DNA of 64,000 nt, taken from contig JAUCBJ010006456.1 of assembly GCA_032718475.1 (NCBI GenBank), positions 22,430 through 86,429 of the forward strand, written 5' to 3'. Below are positions 11,498-24,200 of the stretch, piece after piece; positions within the stretch are counted from its first letter, which is position 1, and every line of letters starts with the position of its first letter. The notes beneath the pieces are model-generated. The model worked only from the letters and a program-made list of their open reading frames with translations, was not told the origin of the DNA and ran no database searches. Made by a program: the position numbers and the translations under genes. This stretch comes from Nemertoderma westbladi. Lineage: Eukaryota > Animalia > Xenacoelomorpha.

Positions 11498-13480
11498 ATG
11501 AAAAGGGCTACAATAACAAAGTACACAGGTACGAGCAAGAGAACACGGAAACGCAGACTAACGACTGAGGTTGATCAGTTTGTTAATGAGTCCTTAAACA
11601 TTGCGAGTGATTTACAGCCACTCCCACAGTTAAACATTCCTGATCTTCCAATCCTTCCCAGTACTGCCGGTACCGGTAGTACGAACATCACCGACAAGCC
11701 AACCGACTTTCACATAACACAAACATTAACTGGTCAGAGTTCAAGATCTACAGACATAATTGATGATAGGCCTACGTCTACCTCATTGCCAGACACGCCA
11801 GAGGTACATCAAGTTTTTCATGAGGAAAATATTCCTATCACTGAAGATGTGAATGAATGTTATGATGAATTGTTACCCGAATACTATTTGTCCGATTTCT
11901 GTGATGAGAATGACCAATTTATATTTCCTGATGCACATGACGAAGATTTTATCGCGGCTTGTCTTCCAGATGTGGACATCCCTTCGCAATCAGGTTCTAG
12001 TACTTCGTCTTTCACATTCGTTGATGATATTAGAAGTTGGGCTGTCAATAATAACATTAACCACTCCTGCTTAAATCCTTTACTTACTGTTCTTCGTAGA
12101 CATTGCCCTGAATATTCATTTCCTAGTGATTGTCGATCTTTATTGAAAACTCCCCGTGTAAAAATAACAATTATTTCAATTGGAAGTAAGGGAGGTTGTT
12201 ATTATCATTTTGGATTAGGTAATGGTATTAGAAAGATTTTTTGCCAATTTGGTTCTGCAATATTTAAATGTATTACGCATACCTGTTTATGGCTTTCCTT
12301 TGGAATTGATGGGATCCCTTTATTTCGGAGCAGTAAGCAAGAATTTTGGCCTATTCTTGGTAAACTAGTAAATATACCTATGTCCCCATGCTTTCCTATA
12401 GGCGTGTATTGTGGAGAGGGTAAACCTGACAATGTTGATGACTTTCTTAAACCATTAGTAGATGAGTTTAATTCCTTTACTGATTCTAATGGAATCGAAA
12501 TTTTTGATGAAACTGTGGCACACAGGTATATTCTAAAAATCAAATCATTTCTATGTGATGCACCAGCACGTGCATTTGTTAAGCAAATAAAAGGACATGG
12601 AGGTTATTTCGGTTGTGAAAGGTGCTGTACAGAGGGATTGTATTACTCACACAAAGTTATATTCTGTGAAACTGATAGTGCTCTCCGTACAGATGAATCA
12701 GTTAGGCTTCAATTACAAGGTGGGCACCATATTGGTATATCTTATCTAACTAAGTTGCGTCCCAGTATTGGGTTAGTTAGCCAATTTCCTCTAGACTCTA
12801 TGCATCTTTGTTTCCTTGGAGTTGTTCGACGATTACTTCTTCTCTGGGTTGGTGTAAGTTATAGTGACCGCGAAGAAAGTGGCAGGCTTCGAGGTAAGAT
12901 GAGAGGAACTGATCAGCATGCTGTTTCTGTTGTTCTCCACTCGATTCGAAAATTCATACCATCAGAATTTAGTCGTAAACCACGTCCACTCTCAGAGTTG
13001 CGATTGTGGAAGGCCACTGAATTTAGAACCTTTATATTATATTTAGCTCCATCAGTGATGAAGAACTTTTTGCCTGATGTACAGTATACTCATCTTCTTT
13101 TACTTCATGTGAGTTTATCACTTCTAACTCGAAAGAAATTTCCTGATACTCCTAGGAACACTGTACCATCGGACATATTATCTTACTGTCACACTTTACT
13201 TTTGCAGTATGTTCAGCAACATGGTGAAATCTATGGTCTATCCACATTGTCATATAATGTCCATTCTTTAATACACCTAACAGAATGTGTAGCACAACAT
13301 GGAACACTGGACAGCTTTTCATGTTTTGATTTTGAAAACTACCTACAAATTATTAAAAAGCTAGTAAGGAGCGGTAAAAATCCGCTGGTTCAAATTATTC
13401 ACCGAATGGCAGAGATGTCACATGTCAAAGTACAACCTGCTTCAATTCTTGTGGATTTTAAACTCCATAAACAACATTAA
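11498..13480 (+). CDS. EnSpm/CACTA-family DDE transposase (660 aa, possibly C-terminally truncated)
   Basis: Motifs FGIDGIPLFRSS.WPIL, CDAPARAFVKQIKGHGGYFGCERC, DSMHLCFLGV, WKATEFR, YNVHSLIHL, FSCFDFEN. Confidence 0.88.
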   Translation: MKRATITKYTGTSKRTRKRRLTTEVDQFVNESLNIASDLQPLPQLNIPDLPILPSTAGTGSTNITDKPTDFHITQTLTGQSSRSTDIIDDRPTSTSLPDTPEVHQVFHEENIPITEDVNECYDELLPEYYLSDFCDENDQFIFPDAHDEDFIAACLPDVDIPSQSGSSTSSFTFVDDIRSWAVNNNINHSCLNPLLTVLRRHCPEYSFPSDCRSLLKTPRVKITIISIGSKGGCYYHFGLGNGIRKIFCQFGSAIFKCITHTCLWLSFGIDGIPLFRSSKQEFWPILGKLVNIPMSPCFPIGVYCGEGKPDNVDDFLKPLVDEFNSFTDSNGIEIFDETVAHRYILKIKSFLCDAPARAFVKQIKGHGGYFGCERCCTEGLYYSHKVIFCETDSALRTDESVRLQLQGGHHIGISYLTKLRPSIGLVSQFPLDSMHLCFLGVVRRLLLLWVGVSYSDREESGRLRGKMRGTDQHAVSVVLHSIRKFIPSEFSRKPRPLSELRLWKATEFRTFILYLAPSVMKNFLPDVQYTHLLLLHVSLSLLTRKKFPDTPRNTVPSDILSYCHTLLLQYVQQHGEIYGLSTLSYNVHSLIHLTECVAQHGTLDSFSCFDFENYLQIIKKLVRSGKNPLVQIIHRMAEMSHVKVQPASILVDFKLHKQH

Positions 13481-13991
13481 ATACGATTACTGATTGAATG
13501 CTATCGCGTATGGATAATGAATTGTTCGCATTAATAATTAACAAAAGTAATTGTCAATTTCTGTTAGTAATTTGTAGCTTTGTGCTATTACCAAAATTAG
13601 TGGTTTTCGTATTAATGGAATGGAAAGCCACAAATAAATGATTTTAAACTTTTGGTTGGTTGGAACAAGGAATTTTTACTTAATGTCTAAATGTGTTCTA
13701 TGTCTATGAATTGGACTAATGTGAATTAATTACTCTTTACTTAATGCTATACATAATGTAGTTAATTTGTGCGAAATAGTGATGAAATATCCACATAAAA
13801 TTTAATATTGGGAATATAAATAATATGGAATATGAGATAAATTTGCATTTGGCAAATTTACAATTATACATAAACTCTATCTTTTATGCCTTATGTGATT
13901 ATAATTAGTTGAATAATTTTTGGTAGTTTTTAAGTGTTTAGTTCCTTATGGTGTTAGTTAATTTCGCATTATAGACATATGGGTGTATGGA

Positions 13992-14192
13992 CATACACCA
14001 TGTCCTGGAATATAGTGTCGAACCTTATAGCGATTTGTTGATATTGTCGGACTATCGGACGGGACTATTGACGGCTATCTCTGGTTCAAATTTCATGGAA
14101 TCTCATTAAGATTTGTAGAAAACTTTGGGGGGGGGGGGGGGGGGGGTCCAGGTACCTGAATAACTACACTATATACCTGGACATGGTGTATG
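13992..14192. mobile_element. MITE with ~26-bp imperfect TIRs
   Basis: CATACACCATGTCCTGGAATATAGTGT ... ACACTATATACCTGGACATGGTGTATG; flanks TATGGA/TATGGG. Confidence 0.65.
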
Positions 14193-14894
14193 TATGGGGA
14201 GAGTCAAAACTGCGAGCCATCAGCGAACTGTTATAATAAGCGGCCATCGGGGGCAGTCTGTCTATATGTAAAATTTCTAAACTATTGATAGACTACATAT
14301 ACCAAGTTTGGTTTCATTTTATCAAAGTTTGACAGATTTATTTGTGTTCCAATATTTCCAACAACAGACTGACAGAAGGGTATTTATTAGGTTTATTATG
14401 TATTTATTATTTAGGGGTAATTATACCCCTAGGCTAAAGGCCCACATGGGCTTACATGGCTCGCCACTCAAGACTTTGTATGAACAACTCAACACCAAAT
14501 GAAACAAAAAATGCAACTTTGTCGCCAAAAGAAAAAAATACACGTTTAATTAATGTTTTTTTAAAATGTTTAATTGACTTTTAACCAAACGTTTATTAGG
14601 CATGTTACGGCCGCACAAAATTTATGTTTATTTTATGTTTGTTTCAAACGTTCCCACCAAACATTGATTAAGCGTGTTTCGGCTGGACAAAAACTCCGAG
14701 TACAAACGCTTATCACAAACATAATTCAAACGTTTTCAACGTTTTAAAAAAATGTTAGTTTAATGTTTAAAATGCATTTTATGGTTTGCAGGGTATATCT
14801 ATATCACATTTTTACTACACTTGATTTTATCTGAATTATTCAATACTGATGTGTATTGTGTGCTGCATGTGACTGACACTGGATGTTGTAATGG

Positions 14895-17267
14895 ATGAGG
14901 ATGGAGGAGGATGACAATGAAAACCTGAGTGGAAGGAAGAAATTGTTTGAAAAGTTGCGACATGAGATTAATGAGAGGATTGGTTTTCTCACAGAAAAGG
15001 AGTGCGTTAATGAAAAAGAACCTGCTTCAACAGTATCTGCGATGAGCAGGTCTAATCTGGGAATCGCTAGACAGGCTACCAGCAAGAAAAAATGTCCAGT
15101 GAAACTTGGTTATATCAGTGGTGGTACCGGTAGTAGGCCTAGTGACGTAGGTTCCTTCAGAAACCCAGCAGGTAGAAAATACTCAACATATTCTTATATC
15201 AACTATTGGCTTAAAGTGGACTTAGGCAATGGTTGTAAGTCATACCAATTAATTAAATCACCCTTAGGTGAAGGTTCAGTACTCCGCCTTTATACAAATA
15301 TGAATTTGTCTATCTCCAATGTTGCAGTTTCAGTATCAAATGTGCTTTTTACTGGCGATGGAGAGGAAAATTTACAGCTGAAGCGCAGTTGGTTACCATT
15401 TACAAAGGATTCCTACACCTTCCACATTCTCAATATGGAGAATGAAGACCTTAGTGAATTCGAAAATTTGCGAGACTATTGCAAGAAAAAATGTGTCGCC
15501 TCTTGGAAAATTCGCCTTGTCATTTTGGCTAAAAAAGTTAATATCACTACCTCTGTTAATGCAATAATTGGAACAGCTTGCTCCTCCAATCAGTCAGAAA
15601 TTCTTACTACCGGTACTGATACAGACGAAATCCACCCAGTTGACTTGTGCATTCAAGATTTAGCTAATCCATCGCCCATGGATGTGGAACGCTACATTTC
15701 AGACCTGAAAGAAACCAACGAAATTCGTATTATTTGTGACAAATGTAACTGTACTCGACCATTCAAGTAATCTGAGTGTGGAAATTGTGCGCTTATGGCA
15801 TCGCTATCAGAATCGATTGCAGTCGATAATTTCCGTGATGCTCATCCTCATGACTTAAGAGTTCCATCTAATTTGGCAGAGTTTTGTTTAGATAGTTCCA
15901 CTGACTCATATAATATGGAGCTACAAGAGTCCCATGAGAATATGATCCAAAAGCGGCTTGCCTACTTTGACTCTGTCTCTGTTCAGACCCCACCTGATCG
16001 AATTAATAATGTTCAGTGTCATGTTGACCCTCTCACTGCTATAGAGTCAGCTGTTGTGACCCCACCTGACCCCATTACGTTGAGTGAAGCAATACAATGT
16101 TTACCACAATGTGTTGCATTCAATATTAATGTAACTTTATCTACAAGTTTACAGGATGCCTTGGAGGGGTGGAAACGATCGGACAAGACTTACACTGTAG
16201 TTGAGCTTCCTCGAAGCAGACTTGTTGATAGTCTGTACGATTTTATGGAGGATGAAGATATTAGCACACCTATTGTTATGGTCAAATTTATAGGAGAGGA
16301 AGCGGTGGACACAGGTGGTCCTTTTCGGGAATTTCTTTCAATATTTTTTTTACACCAGCCTCCATCGCTTTTACGTGGTTCTTATCCCATTATGACTTTC
16401 CGACATAACCTTGATTCCCTAAATAAGTTTGAAATACTTGGGAAGGTAACTGCCATTGCCTTGATTAATGGAGAAGCCGGTCCTCACTGTTTCACTGAGT
16501 CTGTAGCCAGGGCAATTCTAGAATTACCCTATTGTGCTACACTTGATGAGGTCCCTGCTGATGAAGAGTGTCTAGAAAAATTAAAATCACTAGGTGATGC
16601 ATCAACGGATGACCAGTTTCGAAGTTCTTTGGATAATTTTCAGGAGCGGTTTGACATGGGGTTAGTTAGCACGACCAGAAGTCTGGGAATAGCTGACAGA
16701 GATCGAGTTTTAGAATTATTGATACGTCACACAGTTGTGAGTTCAGTGGCCGAGGAGTTGAGTAAATTTAGAGATGGACTGAGATCATATGGTGTATTGG
16801 AAATTATGAAGCATTTTCCTGACGAAAGTTTAAAGTCTCTCGTGAAACGTAGTGTATCCTATGAGGAGGCAAAGCAGTGCTTTGTACCAGTCTCCGAATC
16901 TTCTGTTAATACTGCAGAACGAAACAAGGAAACTAAGATCACGTTTAAATACTTCCAATTATTAAAGAAAGTAAGCAAGAGCGAACTAACCACCACTATT
17001 TTTGAAGATAATTCTGGAGAAATTGTACATAAGGTGGTTGAGTTGAGCGACATCCTTCAATTTGGCAGTGGGTCGCGGTATCCCACATTTTCAGGTGAAC
17101 TGAGATTTGAAAGAACCGATAATCGGCACCGTCGATTAGTTGCGGATACTTGTGCTAAAATAATTAGATTTCCGATTAATGATCGATATTTGTTGGGTTC
17201 TACAAAAGACTTTTGTTGTAAAGTCATCAAGGACATGTCAAACAACCTTGGATTTGGTTTTGCTTAG
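14895..17267 (+). pseudogene. HECT-domain E3 ubiquitin ligase (G2E3-like) with Cys-rich linker; single in-frame TAA at 15768-15770
   Basis: ORFs 14895-15770 and 15795-17267 are in frame (CDKCNCTRPFK*SECGNCALM); HECT motifs VKFIGEEAVDTGGPFREF, catalytic-Cys motif VADTCAKIIRFP, C-terminal GFGFA. Confidence 0.85.
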
Positions 17268-17964
17268 GATAGCTTAAGATACAATTAAATTGGACATATA
17301 TTTTGTAGAAGAGAAGTAATATAAGAGTTGTATTTACAGTGATTTGCCTTGGATTTATTTTCAATGTCTTAAAAACATTCAAAGCCCTTTGTTTTTTGTG
17401 TTTAGTAGTAATAGTGAAGTAAAAGTTTTGGAATACGGTACTTAATTAAAATAGCATTAAACCAACAAAATATGTTTTATGTAATATAATATTATACTCT
17501 TTTTGTACCTCTACCCAATATTTTCACTTCATCCACCTTCAATAGAAATAAAAATTAATCTGTAACGTGTGCTATTGACTTTAGTTTATTGTTTTGGTTA
17601 GAATAGGTGCCACTGTTATTGGAAAGTACATTAAAAGGTATATAAGTATATTATTATGAATATTAAACTAGTTTGTATAAGCTAGTTTGTATAGTAAGTT
17701 TGTATATTTCTGAATGTCTTTTTAGCCTGATTGACTATATTCTTACAATCACATAGGCCGCCTTGAACTGTAAGTTAATCTTCTGTCGATTTACCACCAG
17801 TAGCTTGTGCAAATTTCTTAGTTTAATTATTATGTTTTTTTTAAATATATCTGTATAAGTCAGAATTTAGAAATAGTTTCAGAATTAATATTTTATAATC
17901 ATCTTGATTCATTGTCCTCATGCGGCGCGGAGCTGGGGGGGGGGGGGGGGGGTGTTGGCGTCTG

Positions 17965-18024
17965 GGAAGCAGGACAATTTGGTGCCACTAATTTTGTGTT
18001 TTGCGACCGAATTGTCCTACATCC
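17965..18024. mobile_element. Short MITE, same family as 37576-37680
   Basis: GGAAGCAGGACAATT ... AATTGTCCTACATCC termini. Confidence 0.6.
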
Positions 18025-18210
18025 GGCATCAGGAGGATATAGGAATAATATCTCGAATAAGATATATAATAATAATATAATAATAGATATATTATAATAT
18101 TGATATTAATTATATAAACCAGTCTAGGGTCGCGCTATTTCTGTGCGCTTTACATTATAAAAAGTGGACGACATTAAATTTATTTTAAAAATTTAATTTA
18201 AAAAATTAAA

Positions 18211-19370
18211 TTAAATGTAATTAATTTCGTGAAGGCCATTCATGAATCTAGGAATGAGATACAATAAAGTGTTTTTACAATCATGAAGACTGGTACAGTT
18301 CGTAGGATGTTTGAAGTCAGCGGTAACATGAAGGAAATCCTCACATAAAAGACGTACTGTCTCCATACAGGTAGGTGGTACCTCTGAAACAGCGAGAAAT
18401 TTAACTATATCAATTGATTCTAGTTCCAATGGCCGTAAGTAGTTGGGTTGGTCCAGGAATAATATATTAGGCTTGCCACCTTTTGAAGTGAGACCGCTTT
18501 TCCTGAGACGGTGCGAATTCCATAATACTCTAACAATATCAAGACATCTCTGTAACAAGTCAAGATACACGAAACGAATAATTTCAATGTGAACCATGTC
18601 CGAGGTATCGATACTTCCATCATGGTCAAGCTCTGAGAAATGGTTTAGCCACTCACACATTCCAAGTTGTTGAAATTTGGACCACCATGCCTCAACACGT
18701 TGGTTACGTGAGCTTTTACCATACAGATACACTTTTCCATTTTCGGCACGATAGTCACAATGCGCTAGTCTCAGAAACCTTTGCAAGGTTTCAACATTTA
18801 CATTTTCGGTTCCTCGATCAGAACGAATTATGTATGGAACCCCATGTAATTCCGTGATAGCTTCTAAAAAGTAGCGTCCAATGACAAAAGGATCGTTGTT
18901 TGTTGACGAACAACGCAGCCAGATTAGTTTACGGCTATACCCATCAACAGACCCATGAACTGTTAAACCATAGGGTTTCAGTTTATCCCACCCGTCTATA
19001 TGGTGTAGATAATTAGGACCGAGGGAGCTATACGTTCGTCTGACCAGTTTATTTCCCAATCGCTGCTTTACACTATCTGGGTCTATAACCCTGTGAATTA
19101 GGGCTACAATTTCTTCACGTACGAACAGTCCATATTTAAACATAAGAATTCGCTTCATATGGCGGTACCCACATGGGGGCTACGCTTTAATGGCTGAAAT
19201 GATTTCCGGTAGTCTATTGAGTTGTAACCTTCTCTTTAAATCTAGGTCCCCAAGACGACGCCTTATGGTTCTCACGGAAATGTCTTCGTTAAGATCCTCA
19301 TTGATAAGAGCAGAAATTTCCTTGTGACTAAATCCACATTTAAAGTAATTTAACAAATGATCACCCATTG
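18211..19370 (-). pseudogene. IS3EU integrase-core (DDE) transposase with N-terminal HTH; one in-frame TAG at 19180-19182
   Basis: GFSHKEI..ISVRTIRRRL (HTH), in frame through stop to PPCGYRHM, YSSLGPNYLHHIDGWDKLKPYGLTVHGSVDGYSRK, PYIIRSDRGTEN, SSRNQRVEAWW. Confidence 0.88.
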
Positions 19371-19504
19371 TATTCCTGTTTAATAGCAAATTCAATTCGT
19401 ATAAAATTAAATAAAATGGTGACAATAGTGCTGTCGAAAATTGAACCTGTATGGTATAAGCTGTGTATGTGTACCGGTAAGTGTGTAACAACTGAAAGAG
19501 AAAA

Positions 19505-19736
19505 AAGGAAAATAAATTGATGGAACAGCTGATAGAAAAAAGGTAAAGTAATTGATGGAACAGCTGATAGAAAAAAGGTAATGTAATTGACGGAACAGCT
19601 GATAGAAAAAATGTAAAGTTTTGATGAAACAGCAGATAGAAAAAAGGTAAAGTAATTGATGGAACAGCTGATAGAAAAAGGTAAAGTAATTGAATTATAT
19701 CAGAAAAAGTAAATGTGGCCGTAAATCACCACCGTA
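19505..19736 (-). repeat. Right TIR and subterminal ~32-bp repeats of the IS3EU element
   Basis: Reverse complement of 8932-9143. Confidence 0.9.
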
Positions 19737-20397
19737 CAGATGGGACTCGTTTTTTTTCTAGTTTAGTTTTTTTCTTCTTGTTTATTGGTGGGCATGTTGA
19801 TGTTGGTAGGAATGATATATAGCCAATATAGCTTAGAACCCTTAAGCACTGACGCTGCCAAGGTCACAGTAGATCAGCATATTAAAAAAAATTGATGTTG
19901 AGAATCAATGTTTAGTTAAATTACATAATTAAATATAATAACTTTTATTACATGGAAATATTTAGAGTGCATTATTTTGTTACCTGAGTTGTTTTGGTGT
20001 TCGGCTTGACTTTATAATGTGACCTTTGATTTAGGTAAATTTCTAATTAATATGGTGTTCATTGAGGGTATATGAAATTTGATTTTGCAACAAATATCCC
20101 TCAAAACTTGCCTTCGATAATGTTAAAGGAATTGTTAAATCATTCCAAATTTGCAAAACGTCCATTACCTTGTACTGGGTAGGCAAGTACTGAAAATAGC
20201 TGAGGCATAATCCATTTATTCATTATAATATATTATATAATAATACTATGACAATGCTTTCCATTCATGCGAAATGGACCTACAGTAATTGCAGTATTAT
20301 TTGGAACCATAGCATCCTATAATATTTCAGGAGTCCGCGCTTTGAACCAAGTACCTCCACCTTTATTTCAATAAATGTTATTCAAATTGTATAATGA

Positions 20398-21242
20398 TTA
20401 ATTCTCAAACAGTAGCTCATTAAAGTTCTTGATAGCAAGTATCAAAAGAGAGGATATGAAGATCTTCAAATAGTAAGCAAGATGGACAACGGATGCAGCC
20501 CCATCTGTGGTTGATTCCTGTGTTGTTGTGGATGATCCATCAGTAACCTCGTTTGTTGTAGCAGCTGATGTGGTTGAAGTGTCTGGCATAGGTGAAGCAG
20601 TTGCATTGCGTATCATTTCATCAACTGACTGAGCGAGTGAATATGATGCCAAAATGAATTGTTGACCATCTACTAATTCTGAAAAACCCTCCGTAATGCC
20701 ATTCACCAACATAGCCAACTTTGTTTCGTATATTAAAATAGTTATGCTTGTTTTCCCATACTCTGTTTCAAAAGTATAGCACTCTTGGTCCGATTCAAAG
20801 CCAAACGCCATGGTTCCAATCGTACTATAAAAGCGACCATACAATGCTCTGACGATAACAGATTCAGCAACACAGGGTGAGTAGGTTATATTTAAGGTTA
20901 TCGATATTTGAAATATTGATCCTGAGTAGGAGTAGGTCTCGCCATCGATAACAATATCTCCTTGCCCTGTACTGGTACTGTTTTCAACCATCTCATTCCA
21001 TTCTTTAATTGTAAAAACGCTGCCCACGACTGTAATTTTTGTTTCTAGAATAATAGATCCACATGTGACATCAGTGACATCAGCATCAACGTTGAATGCT
21101 TCCAATGCCTGTATTTGGTTGCTTAAATGTTTCTGCTTCAACATAGCTAGTTTAGTAGCATTATTTACAAATGGTGTACAATCTCCGTCATAACTTGTTG
21201 ATATATGGGCTGTGGTTGATAGCAATGTAGATACTGATACAT
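20398..21242 (-). CDS. Terminal exon: SEA-like region, Thr-rich stalk, C-terminal hydrophobic segment (TM or GPI signal)
   Basis: Acceptor TTTCACAG at 21243; phase 1 in frame with ORF 20398-21225; DVTCGSIILET resembles the SEA GSVVV motif; ends DGAASVVHLAYYLKIFISSLLILAIK; minus-strand AATAAA near 20362 and 20216. Confidence 0.8.
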
Positions 21243-24200
21243 CTGTGAAAAGGAATTAAAAAATGATTAAAGATGTTTATAAATATTATAATTATTTATA
21301 TAATTATTGTATGTAATACCGAGAACGGCTCTTCAGGATACTTTCGAGATCCTGCATGCATCTGGTGGGCGATATTTGAACACTGAATAATGAATGAAAG
21401 CGACTGCAGAAACGATTGTATATAGAGTAACTTTATACAGTTCTGGGTCTCTCTATATGCAGTTTTACAGTCGCTCAATCTTTTAGTACTTAGGACGAAT
21501 ATACGGGTTTATGAGGGAACTGAATTTGATGGAAATAATAAAATCAGCACTGGACATCTCAAACTTCTATTTTTTTGTGAGGGGTACGAAATTTGGCGGT
21601 AGGATCAAGGTTTGATTTGATGATTTGATCAAAATCATAGTAACTATCATCGTAAAAATCATAGTATTTTTTTAAATAATTTTTTTACTAATTTAATTTT
21701 GGTGCTGCAAAAAACCACACCAGTAAATTTTTGGAAATTTTTTCGTTATGATTCATAATAGTTAAACAGACAAAAAATCTAATGTTTTCTTTAAAATTTG
21801 TAGATTTTAGGAAGGGGGGGGGGAGGGGTGTGGGGTGGGGGGTTGATATGACCCCTCCGATTATTTGTACATTTTATAGCCCAATATTAATAGGGTTAAG
21901 GCCAAAGCTAAGTTTAGGATTTATTCTCTAAGAAATTATAATAATATAATATAAAATGTAATTAATAAAAAATTATTAAAAATACAATTTTTTTGTTAAT
22001 AAAATATTTATCCACAAGAAACATCGTCGAATGAACCTAATGAACATTTCGTTTAACAAATATGAGAGAATGGGAGAACGCTGGAATTTGCCTCTTTCAA
22101 AAGCTAGAGTGAACTCATATTGACGGTAACATAGTTATGCATATGTGGCATTATTCCAAGAAACTCCATGTTTTGTCATGTTTTGCATTGGGTCATGGTC
22201 ACTTATGTACAGAGATGGAGCAGCTACATGTCAGTTGGCGAAGGAATACCTGGTGAAATTTACCAAGTGCCAACTTCCACAATCACCAAACCTTTTTACC
22301 AGCATAGAGTTACAAAGTGGTCACCAACAGATTCACCTTTGCACAAATCACACTTCGAAAAATCGAAGCTCATCATATCCATCCGTCCTAATATATCTCT
22401 GTAGCATAGCTACTAAAGACTGTTCTTTTTGTTAAACTGGAGCCTCTAAAGACATTAAGTTGGAAAAATTTAAAATTTGTGATAGCATGTGGCACATTTT
22501 GAGTAATGAATTGAAGGTCTATGATGAAGCGTTGCCAAAGGAGTATCCCGAAATGAAAATTTGGCCACAGAATGCTCTTTTAGAATCAGTTATCAGTTAT
22601 ATGTAAATTCAGAGCTGCCCCTGCTTCATTGTGAGGCGCAGCCTGTAGGAATTAATCTGAGTATCTGTCATTAAACTCGAGGCTGTAGCCTACAACACTA
22701 CAAATATATGGTGTTGTAGTATTCTGTTTTGTTGGTCAATCTTCTCTCTCTGTATACAATGGTCATTCCCATCTCCTACAAATCTATCTAATTGAATTAT
22801 TGATATGTATATTGAAGCCAATAAGATAAGGTGATCCTCTTTATTGGAGGGGTCGTAGACATTTCTGCATAAAGATCATTCAGTTGCACTTTTAATACCG
22901 GCTCCAATTGTTCCATTCACTCCACCATCTTTCAATTACTCTAGAGAACCAGCAAGCTGGCTATTAGAAGACCGTTAGCCCCTAAAAGGAAAGTTTGACA
23001 GTGAAAGCCCTAATGGTCTATTTAAAATGTAATTTTCTGATATCTCGAGAATATATCATTTTTTTAATGTGATTGTACAATTTGGAGAATAGCATGTGCA
23101 CATAAAGACAGACAAACAAACATACGTTTTTTGACAGCAATAAGCTCGCTCTAACGGTCTTTTAATTATTTGTGGATGGGTCAATTTATTGAATCATCAA
23201 AAATAATTTGATGCCTACGATGATAAAGCAGTATGTAATGTGGCACCATTTCCAACTACAACTACAAGACAAAGATAACTAACTACAAACCATTGACTGC
23301 CATCGACAGACATTTTACCTACTCGGGTCATTCTTACAATGCACACTTCAGAATTACACCATTTGATTGTCTACCAATCGCATCGAACAAAAAACTGAAC
23401 AGACAAATACTCAGAATTAAAGGGGTATAGGCTGCAGGGGTATATGGCCTGACCAGGCAAATGGTGATCTACCAATGGCTGGTCAGGAGTAGAGTGTTCT
23501 CATGTCCACTCTGAGAGCACTTCACTGCGACCTGCACCTGGCAGCAAGGGTACAGGGCATGACCCAGCAGATGAGCTGCAACAGCCAATGGTGGGTAATG
23601 TGCGCCAGTGTAGATATGGGTGATGGGCCTCATATCTGACTCCATTGAGACACCCACCCTGTGGAATGGCAAACCAGGGTGTGGTATTTGCCCCGAGAGC
23701 TGACGCGGCAAAAAAGCACCCCCCAACCCCCACTATGGATTACATTAGCAATGCGTCAGCAGATGATAGTGGCAATGGTGGAATTGGTCTATTGATGAAT
23801 CCAACTGCACATGCAGCATTGGACAAAATAGACCAAATCTCTAACCGCATCATCCGTTGCCACTTCTCATGTTCTGGAAGACTGGCTAAGAAGTTTCCTA
23901 AGGTGGTTCTGATTGTGTGCTACTCTCCAACTAGTGTTGCCCCTGTAGAGGAGGTGGAAAATTTCTACCACAAGCTACAAGCAATCTACAAGAAGGAGTG
24001 GATCAGCATGCATTCTTAACATTCCTGGGAGACTTTAATGCAAGTCTGCATCAATCACCTACATCGCCCTGGGTCTATAGCAATAGTGTTAACCGAAATT
24101 CTGTCCATCTTCAGGATTTTATCTCTGGAAATGGATTGTTTTCGGCTGGAACCCAGTTCAAGAAGCGAACTGGAAAGCTATGGACTCATAGTGGACCCAG

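Larger units (their letters stand above)
9592..14793 (+). mobile_element. EnSpm/CACTA-like (CCC..GGG type) DNA transposon nested in the IS3EU element
   Basis: Ends CCCTGCTAACCA (9592) and TGGTTTGCAGGG (14793); TA on both sides (2-bp TSD); AAACGTT-rich subterminal regions; transposase ORF inside. Confidence 0.8.
8932..19736. mobile_element. IS3EU-type eukaryotic DNA transposon carrying a transposase and a HECT E3 ligase gene
   Basis: TIRs TACGGTGGTGATTTACGGCCACATTTAC... at 8932 and reverse complement ending 19736; 6-bp TSD CAGATG (8926-8931, 19737-19742); TAY..RTA ends with 6-bp TSD match IS3EU; integrase-core ORF inside. Confidence 0.88.

Noticed and set aside
23430-23740. HDV-like ribozyme in the RTE 5' region
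   Set aside because: Known in some RTE elements, but I could not build the nested pseudoknot by eye
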